Source: a virus. From it: a stretch of DNA of 7,036 nucleotides. Shown in pieces: positions 1 to 5,157 of the stretch. The DNA is taken from the UHGV virus genome UHGV-0439402; one strand, given 5' to 3'. Positions within the stretch are counted from its first letter, which is position 1. Every line of letters begins with the position of its first letter. Below the pieces are notes generated by a model that made no database searches, was not told where the DNA came from, and worked only from the letters and a program-made list of their open reading frames with translations. The position numbers and the translations under genes were made by a program.

Positions 1-758
1 CCGAAGCGGAAAAAAAGGATACTTCCAATATACCTGTGTCTGGCTCTTTAAGTGACGAGGAATGGGAAGAATTTCAAGAAAGGATGGAAGAAATAAATGG
101 AAGTTCTGACGAAACTGGCTTATCAACCTTCGTTCTTGATGATGTATTTCTGGATTATATGTATTATCATTTCCGTGACCTCGCTGTTGCTGATATCGCA
201 TCTGCATCAAATGCTAAAAAGGCGTCTTTGGATGAAGTACAGGATGTGGATGGCGTGTTGGAATCTGTTGTACCGTATGAAGATATATCCACATATTCGT
301 TACTATCTGCCAATGCTGAGAATGATTATGTTAATTGCGTCCGTTTTGATTGCGTGGTTGATGGTACGCCGTGTACTCTCCTGTTCCCTTCCACTGACCG
401 GGCGTCCCTTTTTATAGATTCCGATAAACAGCTCTGGAATGTGTCGGATTCCGTAGTTCAGGGCCTTGTGGTCTATGACAGTTTTGCTCCCAGGTCGGAC
501 GAAGGGACGTTGGTATTTATGGCCCCTTGCCTTGGCAATAACTTTTCAAATAACCACAACTATGGAAGTCCCAATTACTTCCGCCGTTACTACTGGTCAG
601 GTGGTTCTTATGACCGCCTGAGTTACACGGATACATATGTTATAGTTCGGGTTGAATCTGCGCCGTTCACGTTCTATTCGGATGATATTATCCAGTATGC
701 TTGTATCCTGATTGGAGGTGCTATTCTGTTATGTTTATTGAAAAAGTCACTGCGTTAA
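1..758 (+). CDS. pIII-like adsorption/minor coat protein paralog P2 (5'-truncated at window edge; probably continues from 6985..7036 if genome is circular); acidic N-region, C-terminal TM anchor + basic tail (…IIQYACILIGGAILLCLLKKSLR)
   Basis: Reading frame (codons 3-5, 6-8…) is open from base 1; listed ORF 36..758 begins at an internal GTG. C-terminal hydrophobic anchor followed by KKSLR. Shares motif NYF-RRYYWSGGSYDRLSYTD with NYYVDGYYSSGDFRLSTD of the 5174..6511 protein. Junction with window end is in frame (t + cc = TCC Ser) giving SVATPS, identical to SVATPS after the leader of the 5174 ORF. Confidence 0.6.
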   Translation, partial: EAEKKDTSNIPVSGSLSDEEWEEFQERMEEINGSSDETGLSTFVLDDVFLDYMYYHFRDLAVADIASASNAKKASLDEVQDVDGVLESVVPYEDISTYSLLSANAENDYVNCVRFDCVVDGTPCTLLFPSTDRASLFIDSDKQLWNVSDSVVQGLVVYDSFAPRSDEGTLVFMAPCLGNNFSNNHNYGSPNYFRRYYWSGGSYDRLSYTDTYVIVRVESAPFTFYSDDIIQYACILIGGAILLCLLKKSLR

Positions 759-877
759 TCGGCCTTGTCCCTGTCCAGTTTGAACCGCTTGTATATGTGA
801 TGGGTTTTATCCTCTTTTTGTGGCTCATTGATGGGTTCTTATGGCTTGCAAAATATCTGGTCTGCGGAGGTAGGTGA
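731..877 (+). CDS. small membrane protein, 49 aa (MFIEKVTALIGLVPVQFEPLVYVMGFILFLWLIDGFLWLAKYLVCGGR); below ORF-track size cutoff
   Basis: ATG at 731 preceded by GGAGGTG (714-720, spacing ~11); single strong hydrophobic segment; overlaps end of upstream gene; stop TGA (875-877) overlaps GTG (874-876) of next ORF (GTGA coupling). Confidence 0.3.
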   Translation: MFIEKVTALIGLVPVQFEPLVYVMGFILFLWLIDGFLWLAKYLVCGGR

Positions 878-1041
878 TTGATGTGTTTTCGGAAGTCAAT
901 GTAGTAGTTGATTGGATATTCACACAATTAACATCCTTTGTCCGTTTCCTTTGGAATGACTGCGCCTGGGTTGGGGTATTGGTGATATCCTTTCCCCTAA
1001 TCCGGCGAGTTATTAATATATTTAAACAAATTTTATCTTAA
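874..1041 (+). CDS. small hydrophobic protein, 55 aa (…VNVVVDWIFTQLTSFVRFLWNDCAWVGVLVISFPLIRRVINIFKQILS); pVII/pIX-like position immediately upstream of coat gene; start GTG 874 or GTG 883
   Basis: GGAGG at 866-870 / AGGTGA at 872-877 upstream; ends 16 nt before the strong SD of the coat gene; hydrophobic core plus basic tail; not in ORF track because <60 aa. Confidence 0.4.
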   Translation: MIDVFSEVNVVVDWIFTQLTSFVRFLWNDCAWVGVLVISFPLIRRVINIFKQILS

Positions 1042-1057
1042 AAAGGAGGTATCTTTC

Positions 1058-1336
1058 ATGTTAAAAATCCGTTGTTTCCTTCGTAAGTATCGGGCCGTTC
1101 CTGTCACGTCTGTGGCGGTTGTGTCCATGTCGTTCCCGGCGTTTGCTAGTGACGCTAGTCCGGCTGGCATGACTTCCCTGCTGGGTTCCTTCACGGAGGT
1201 GGCCGCGTGGATGTGGGCTGAGATTGGCAAGCTTCTTACTTGGGTTCTTGGCCAGCCTATCCTGCTCCTTGCAATGTCCCTGTTCTTTGTAGGGGCCATT
1301 GTATCATTCTTCATCCGTGTATTTCATTCTGTGTAA
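1058..1336 (+). CDS. major-coat-like protein precursor with cleavable signal peptide (MLKIRCFLRKYRAVPVTSVAVVSMSFPAFA|SDASPAG…), mature ~62 aa with acidic N-terminus, hydrophobic core, C-terminal RVFHSV
   Basis: Very strong SD AAAAGGAGGT 8 nt upstream of ATG; n-/h-/AxA signal-peptide architecture; small size and composition typical of inovirus pVIII-type coat proteins; followed by a paralog and a terminator. Confidence 0.7.
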   Translation: MLKIRCFLRKYRAVPVTSVAVVSMSFPAFASDASPAGMTSLLGSFTEVAAWMWAEIGKLLTWVLGQPILLLAMSLFFVGAIVSFFIRVFHSV

Positions 1337-1518
1337 GGAGGTAATTGATTATGACAGAACTTTTAAATGCGTTTACCCAGGTTGCGGCCTGGATGTGGTC
1401 TGAAATCGGCCTGCTTCTTGGCTGGATTCTGAACCAGCCTATCCTGCTCCTTGCAATGTCCCTGTTCTTTGTGGGGGCGATTGTATCCTTCTTCATCCGT
1501 GTATTCCACTCGGTTTGA
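1190..1518 (+). repeat. tandem diverged duplication of coat-gene core (copy 1 ~1190-1336, copy 2 ~1372-1518, 147 nt each)
   Basis: Direct nucleotide alignment, e.g. cagcctatcctgctccttgcaatgtccctgttctttgt occurs in both; mirrored spurious minus-strand ORFs 1033..1314 and 1311..1496 have near-identical translations, confirming the duplication. Confidence 0.8.
1351..1518 (+). CDS. leaderless major-coat-like paralog, 55 aa (MTELLNAFTQVAAWMWSEIGLLLGWILNQPILLLAMSLFFVGAIVSFFIRVFHSV)
   Basis: SD TAAGGAGGT 7 nt upstream of ATG 1351; ~90% nt identity to the 3' two-thirds of the preceding gene (1190-1336 vs 1372-1518); missing from the ORF track only because <60 aa. Confidence 0.6.
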   Translation: MTELLNAFTQVAAWMWSEIGLLLGWILNQPILLLAMSLFFVGAIVSFFIRVFHSV

Positions 1519-1526
1519 TGCTTTAC

Positions 1527-1562
1527 TTCCTAGGGGTATAAAAGCCCCTAGGAACCTTTTGG
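1527..1562 (+). terminator. rho-independent terminator-like hairpin after coat genes (stem TTCCTAGGGG/CCCCTAGGAA, loop TATAAAAG, then CCTTTTGG)
   Basis: 10-bp GC-rich perfect inverted repeat 1527-1536/1545-1554 followed by T-run; positioned like the post-gVIII terminator of Ff phages. Confidence 0.45.
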
Positions 1563-1571
1563 AGGTTTGCT

Positions 1572-1730
1572 ATGATTGAGTTTCTAACTGCTTTTATGGA
1601 TATATTTTTATACCCGGTATCCCTTACGATAGATTTTGAAAATCCCTTATACTATGGCATGATTGCCATATTGGTTACGGCTGGTATTGTATGTATTGTT
1701 AGGAGGTTGATTATTGCATGTATATCATAG
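1572..1730 (+). CDS. small membrane protein, 52 aa (MIEFLTAFMDIFLYPVSLTIDFENPLYYGMIAILVTAGIVCIVRRLIIACIS); pVI-like position upstream of gene I
   Basis: SD GGAGGT 4 nt before ATG 1572; two hydrophobic segments; overlaps start of Zot gene by 13 nt (translational coupling). Confidence 0.4.
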   Translation: MIEFLTAFMDIFLYPVSLTIDFENPLYYGMIAILVTAGIVCIVRRLIIACIS

Positions 1731-2476
1731 GTTTCATTATGGTTCTGCTGTTCTGCGTGTTCATGTTCTTTGCCTACCATGCGTTTAAGTATCGCAACCC
1801 TTACAAGCTCTATATGTGTTTTGGGCGCAAAGGTTCTGGCAAGACTACTCTTATGACAAAGCTTGCTTTGCAATATCAAAAAAAGGGCTGGAATGTTTTC
1901 TGTGACCGTGAAATTCCCGGCTGTATACAGTTTGAAACAGAGGACTTCGGCCGCTATCAGTTCCCACCTAATTCCCTTATCCTGGTTGACGAAGTGGGGC
2001 TTGTCTGGGATAACCGCAACTTCAAAAACTTCCCTGAGCATGTAAAGGTATATTTCAAATATCAGCGTCAATACCAACATGTTGTATACTTATTTAGCCA
2101 GTCCTTTGATATCGATAAAAAGATACGTGACCTCACCGACCATTTGTACATTGTCCAGAACTTTTTCAACTGTTTTTCGATTGCCCGGCGTGTAACTAAA
2201 TCCCTCACCGTTGTCCATGCGGATAAATCATCCCAGGGTGAAAGCAAGATAGTTGATGATTATAACATTGACTCGTTATTGTTTGCCCCCTTCGGCTCAG
2301 TCCGCTTTACATACATACCAAAATATGCAAAATATTTCAAAAGCTTTGACCCTCCCCAGCTCCCATCCTTTGAGGGTTCCCCCCTCCCTGGATTGCCTGC
2401 CCTGAGCAAGCGCCAGACGCTGGTCGGCGCGGCGAAGGAAAGGCAGGAAATGCTGAGATTCTGGAAAAAGCACTGA
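1718..2476 (+). CDS. Zot / inovirus gene I (pI)-family P-loop NTPase, phage assembly/export protein; N-terminal TM segment
   Basis: Walker A GRKGSGKTT, Walker B LILVDEVG; recalled M13 pI segments align: GKLGSGKTLVSV, LLVLDECGTWFNTRSWNDKER ~ LILVDEVGLVWDNRNFKNFPEH, and IIFLVQDLSIVDKQAR ~ VVYLFSQSFDIDKKIR. SD AGGAGGT upstream. Confidence 0.85.
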   Translation: MYIIGFIMVLLFCVFMFFAYHAFKYRNPYKLYMCFGRKGSGKTTLMTKLALQYQKKGWNVFCDREIPGCIQFETEDFGRYQFPPNSLILVDEVGLVWDNRNFKNFPEHVKVYFKYQRQYQHVVYLFSQSFDIDKKIRDLTDHLYIVQNFFNCFSIARRVTKSLTVVHADKSSQGESKIVDDYNIDSLLFAPFGSVRFTYIPKYAKYFKSFDPPQLPSFEGSPLPGLPALSKRQTLVGAAKERQEMLRFWKKH

Positions 2477-2477
2477 C

Positions 2478-2750
2478 CTACAACTTCACGTTTCCCTTAA
2501 CGTCCCCAACAATGACGCCCTTGTTGTTGTCCCCTATAACAACTCCGTTGCTGTTCTGGACGTGTATTCCCGGCTTCTCTCCTGCCTGCATGTCCTGGGC
2601 TATTAGGTCTTTGATATATCCGCTCAGTTTTGTATATCCCTTTTTATTCATGTGCGCAATGACTTCTGGATACTCTTCTTCACGGATGTAGACTTTTACT
2701 GTTTTATATACTTCTTTGTTGTATTCTCTTATATATTCTTGTTTTTTCAT
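2478..2750 (-). CDS. ribbon-helix-helix (CopG/Arc/MetJ-like) DNA-binding regulator, ~90 aa, with a C-terminal Gly/Val-rich tail (listed ORF extends to a GTG at 2783)
   Basis: MKKQEYIREYNKEVYKTVKVYIREEEYPEVIAHMNKKGYTKLSGYIKDLI fits a β-strand–helix–helix pattern (β-strand KTVKVYI). Only minus-strand gene, divergent from the small-ORF/SSB/Rep cluster and facing palindromic repeats. Confidence 0.6.
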   Translation of the reverse strand: MKKQEYIREYNKEVYKTVKVYIREEEYPEVIAHMNKKGYTKLSGYIKDLIAQDMQAGEKPGIHVQNSNGVVIGDNNKGVIVGDVKGNVKL

Positions 2751-2759
2751 AACCTCACC

Positions 2760-2835
2760 TATAGGCCTATATACAAAATTCACATATATAGGGCTATATA
2801 TTTAGTATATATGCCTATATACATATAGTCCTATA
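2760..2835. promoter_or_regulatory. four imperfect-palindromic 12-bp boxes TATA(G/T)(G/T)(G/C)CTATA at 2760-2771 (TATAGGCCTATA, perfect palindrome), 2787-2798, 2808-2819, 2824-2835; candidate operator array
   Basis: Read directly; located between divergent RHH gene and + strand small ORF; spacings 27, 21, 16 bp. Confidence 0.5.
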
Positions 2836-2880
2836 TATGTTATACTGTAGTTACAAGTTAATAAATGATACTTAAAGTTC

Positions 2881-2921
2881 CAGTAGCAATGAGAACATGG
2901 CAGTGTAGTAGTGAGAACTGG
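2881..2921. repeat. adjacent imperfect tandem repeat CAGTAGCAATGAGAACATGG / CAGTGTAGTAGTGAGAACTGG
   Basis: Read directly; overlaps the -35 of the candidate promoter below. Confidence 0.4.
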
Positions 2922-2947
2922 ACATTAGGTATCAACCTAAGTATAGC
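2919..2947 (+). promoter_or_regulatory. candidate sigma-70-type promoter TGGACA-N17-TATAGC for the small-ORF/SSB/Rep cluster
   Basis: Hexamer match 5/6 and 4/6 with 17-nt spacer, ~35 nt upstream of ATG 2981. Confidence 0.25.
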
Positions 2948-2980
2948 AAACGATTCAAGAATTTGAAAGGGGAAAATGAT

Positions 2981-3154
2981 ATGACCAAAAAGGAAAAACA
3001 GGTTTTTCAGAACTACAAGGATATTGCCAGTAGTAAGTTGGTGGAAGCGTTCAATTCTGGTGATGCTGATGCAATTACCAGGGCAACGGATTCATTCGTT
3101 CAGCTTACTTCCCTCTGGGATGAACTTAACAACATAGTGGAACAAGGGGCCTAG
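2981..3154 (+). CDS. hypothetical small protein, 57 aa (MTKKEKQVFQNYKDIASSKLVEAFNSGDADAITRATDSFVQLTSLWDELNNIVEQGA)
   Basis: ATG 2981 with AAAGGGGA SD (spacing ~7); listed ORF starts at an upstream TTG. No recognisable motif; position between repressor region and SSB. Confidence 0.5.
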   Translation: MTKKEKQVFQNYKDIASSKLVEAFNSGDADAITRATDSFVQLTSLWDELNNIVEQGA

Positions 3155-3159
3155 CCCCT
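3143..3159 (+). terminator. short GC hairpin AAGGGGC-cta-GCCCCTT overlapping the stop of the 57-aa ORF, followed by CCCCTTTAAAG
   Basis: Inverted repeat read directly; weak T-tract. Confidence 0.25.
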
Positions 3160-3295
3160 TCCCCTTTAAAGCTACTACCCTATGGGTAACGGTCACAAGT
3201 CCGTGTGAAAGCTGAGTGAAGGTTCTTTTGTTGGTTCGGTCTGTTTGTCAGTGGCTATCGAGAAACTGACGGCTGTTGTTAGGCAGAGATACTGC

Positions 3296-3325
3296 CCATC
3301 CGGGTTGATGGAATGCCCCGGATGG
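3296..3325. other. hairpin CCATCCGGG-(12 nt)-CCCGGATGG upstream of SSB gene
   Basis: Perfect 9-bp inverted repeat; candidate ssDNA structural signal (packaging or complementary-strand origin). Confidence 0.35.
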
Positions 3326-3362
3326 TACGTTGATAATAGAATAATGAAAGGAAGGTATTATT

Positions 3363-3608
3363 ATGAAAGTAAAAGTATTAGGCATTCAGTCGGTTGATTA
3401 TATCAGCCGTAAGACTGGTAACCCCGTAAAGGGGGTTACACTGCATTCAGCATTTAAGGATGCGCAGGTGGAAGGGGAATCCGTTTCCTCCATCTTCGTC
3501 AGCGATAACCTGAATGTTAAGTGTGTCGCTGAGATTCGCCCCGGTATGCTGGTTGATGTGGAATACAATAACCGTGGTTATGTCTGTGACCTGGCTATCT
3601 GTAAGTAA
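3363..3608 (+). CDS. candidate ssDNA-binding protein (inovirus gene V/G5P-like), 81 aa
   Basis: SD AAAGGAAGGT upstream; size (81 vs 87 aa), N-terminus MKVKV… (cf. M13 gpV MIKVEIK…), SRKTGNP (cf. TRSGVSRQGKP) and RPGMLVDV (cf. APGLYTV) are suggestive; adjacent to Rep. CDS itself confident, function moderate. Confidence 0.5.
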   Translation: MKVKVLGIQSVDYISRKTGNPVKGVTLHSAFKDAQVEGESVSSIFVSDNLNVKCVAEIRPGMLVDVEYNNRGYVCDLAICK

Positions 3609-3632
3609 TCTGCTTCTTTCATTTCTCCTTTT

Positions 3633-3661
3633 GCTGGCTGTCCTGTCCTGGTTCAGCCAGC
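3633..3661. other. hairpin GCTGGCTG-(13 nt)-CAGCCAGC just after SSB stop
   Basis: Perfect 8-bp inverted repeat read directly. Confidence 0.3.
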
Positions 3662-3809
3662 CCCTTGCGGACAATATCCGCATTTCCTTGTCCGCTCCCA
3701 GTTCCAGGCCAGACAGCGGTTTAGATTCGTCATTACGTGGTATGCCTACGTTGTGAAACTGTAACAATTTTTAAACTAGTTACTGCATGGATGCGCCCGG
3801 CCTGGCCGG

Positions 3810-3842
3810 GAAGTTGCTAGTATAGTATTACCTAGCAACTTC
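3810..3842 (+). promoter_or_regulatory. rolling-circle (+)-strand origin stem-loop: 11-bp stem GAAGTTGCTAG/CTAGCAACTTC with 11-nt loop TATAGTATTAC containing CRESS nonanucleotide TAGTATTAC (3823-3831; predicted nick T3829^A3830)
   Basis: Perfect inverted repeat read directly; loop matches the circovirus/nanovirus ori nonanucleotide exactly; ~110 nt upstream of a Rep with HUH motifs I-III; preceded by palindrome CCCGGCCTGGCCGGG (3796-3810). Confidence 0.7.
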
Positions 3843-3925
3843 TGTCGCAAAGCCTGACAAGCCTTGTAAAACCAGGGCCTGCCAGTCCGCGACATTAAAT
3901 TGTCGCAAAGTCGCTGTCGCGAAAA
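3843..3925 (+). repeat. iterons TGTCGC(A/G)AA: TGTCGCAAAG at 3843 and 3901, TGTCGCGAAAAC at 3915, directly 3' of the ori stem
   Basis: Read directly; related copies (TTTCGCAAATAG 4980, TGTCGCGCACC 5026, TTTCGCGAAAC 5063) recur downstream of rep. Confidence 0.45.
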
Positions 3926-3949
3926 CAAGAAATAAAGGGGAATGGGAAC

Positions 3950-4948
3950 ATGGAAAAAGATTCACAGAGCCGTAAATGGCAGATTACAATTAACAATCCT
4001 GCTGATAAGGGATTCACCCATGAAAGAATCCGGCAGGGATTAGAGTCCATGAAATCAGTTATCTACTGGTGCATGGCTGACGAGGTAGGCGAGAATGGAA
4101 CCTATCACACTCACCTGTATTTACAGGGAAAAGGCGCTGTCCGCTTCTCCACCATCAAGAAACATTTTGAAGGTGCCCATTTTGAGATGGCAAAGGGCAC
4201 CGCAATGCAGAACCGGGAATATGTCTCTAAGACTGGTAAGTGGGAAAATGATAAGAAGCATGAGACTTGTGTAGACGGAACCTTTGAGGAATGGGGCGAG
4301 ATGCCCGTGGAAAGACAAGGTGCCAGGAATGACATAGCTGACCTACACGCCATGATAAAACAGGGCTTAAGCAACTACGATATCATGGAACAGGTGCCGG
4401 AAGCAATGCTTATGCTTGATAAGATAGAACAGGCCAGGCAGACCATTGTCCAGGAATCCTATAAGACTAAATGGCGTGATATGTCCTGTTACTATATCTA
4501 TGGTGATACGGGGACAGGAAAGACACGTTCCATCATGGAAAAATACGGCTATGAACATGTATTCCGTGTTACGGATTATAGCCATCCATTTGACAATTAC
4601 CGGGGCCAGGATGTGGTCATCTTCGAAGAGTTCCGTTCCAGTTTCCGGGTATCGGATATGCTTAACTACCTGGACGGCTATCCGCTGGAATTGCCTTGCC
4701 GCTATGCAAACAAGTATGCCTGTTATACAAAGGTCTACATAATCAGCAACATACCGTTGTCTGAACAATACCGTAACCAGCCACAAGAAACATTTGAAGC
4801 ATTTCTTAGGCGGTTGAATGGTGTGTTGCACTATACGGGCCATGGTGTTGAAAAGAGTCGTATAGAGTTGATAGGAAGTGGTTTTCGCCTGTTAACAAAT
4901 GGTGAAATGACTCCCTTTGACAAAATGGAAGTGAGTATGATATTATGA
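3950..4948 (+). CDS. rep: CRESS-DNA-type replication initiator: HUH endonuclease + SF3 helicase (332 aa)
   Basis: Motif I WQITINNP (aa10-17), motif II YHTHLYLQ (aa52-59), motif III REYVSK with catalytic Tyr91, Walker A GDTGTGKT (aa185-192), Walker B VVIFEEF, motif C ISN; order and spacing identical to circovirus/nanovirus/pCRESS Reps. Confidence 0.9.
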   Translation: MEKDSQSRKWQITINNPADKGFTHERIRQGLESMKSVIYWCMADEVGENGTYHTHLYLQGKGAVRFSTIKKHFEGAHFEMAKGTAMQNREYVSKTGKWENDKKHETCVDGTFEEWGEMPVERQGARNDIADLHAMIKQGLSNYDIMEQVPEAMLMLDKIEQARQTIVQESYKTKWRDMSCYYIYGDTGTGKTRSIMEKYGYEHVFRVTDYSHPFDNYRGQDVVIFEEFRSSFRVSDMLNYLDGYPLELPCRYANKYACYTKVYIISNIPLSEQYRNQPQETFEAFLRRLNGVLHYTGHGVEKSRIELIGSGFRLLTNGEMTPFDKMEVSMIL

Positions 4949-4987
4949 TATAGATAGCAACTATATCGTTAAACTACTGTTTCGCAA

Positions 4988-5046
4988 ATAGTTGCAGACA
5001 GGTGCGCTCCTACGGGAAAATGATTGTCGCGCACCTTGCAACTACC
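4988..5046. other. long imperfect hairpin TAGTTGCA(gac)AGGTGCGC-(21 nt)-GCGCACCTTGCAACTA downstream of rep, flanked by outer inverted repeat CGTTAAAC (4967-4974)/GTTTAACG (5082-5089) and palindrome TTTCGCGAAA (5063-5072)
   Basis: Inverted repeats read directly; 16 paired positions with a 3-nt bulge. Confidence 0.4.
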
Positions 5047-5128
5047 ACCCTTAGGGATGGGTTTTCGCGAAACATTGGGCCGTTTAACGAATAGTTGGTA
5101 TTTATAACAACAATTCTATATAAATCGA

Positions 5129-5157
5129 TTGAAAACCCATTTAATAACTGAATAAAT
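5129..5157 (+). promoter_or_regulatory. candidate promoter TTGAAA-N17-ATAAAT for the structural operon
   Basis: Hexamer similarity and spacing; 8 nt upstream of SD GGAGGTGG. Confidence 0.25.

Noticed and set aside
97-417. 106-aa + ORF in alternative frame within the first pIII-like gene; likewise 5202..5708 and 5730..6008 within the second
   Set aside because: Nested in longer ORFs with coherent secreted/anchored architecture; translations are Leu/Arg/Cys-rich as expected for off-frame reading.
721-927. 68-aa minus-strand ORF
   Set aside because: Antisense to the coupled micro-ORF region on a genome where every supported gene but the RHH is on the + strand; no SD.
1033-1496. Two minus-strand ORFs (93 and 61 aa) with near-identical translations (…TMAPTKNRDIARSRIGW…)
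   Set aside because: They are the antisense image of the duplicated coat genes; coat genes have strong SDs, leader peptide and terminator, the antisense frames do not.
1652-2080. 142-aa minus-strand ORF and 1863..2045 plus-frame ORF overlapping the Zot gene
   Set aside because: Zot frame carries Walker A/B and M13 pI-like segments; overlapping frames have no start context and low-complexity translations.
2760-2835. Possibility that the CTATATA repeat cluster is a CRISPR array or a tandem-repeat satellite
   Set aside because: Units are 12 bp, imperfectly palindromic, irregularly spaced (27/21/16), with no spacers of constant length; behaves as operator boxes, not CRISPR.
2784-2870. XerCD dif-like attP in the AT-rich repressor-side intergenic region
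   Set aside because: No convincing 11-6-11 dif architecture or TTATGTTAAAT-like XerD arm could be recognised by eye; left only as speculation for the rep-downstream hairpin.
3447-3767. 106-aa minus ORF and 80-aa + ORF (3514..3756) spanning the SSB gene and ori intergenic region
   Set aside because: Overlap a well-supported + strand gene and a region packed with hairpins and iterons; no RBS; the + one is merely an off-frame hydrophobic read-through.
4367-4843. 158-aa minus-strand ORF (and 4111..4374, 4121..4318 minus; 4446..4742 plus) inside rep
   Set aside because: Entirely nested antisense or alternative-frame ORFs within a gene whose Rep motifs are all in the + frame; no SD; typical shadow ORFs.
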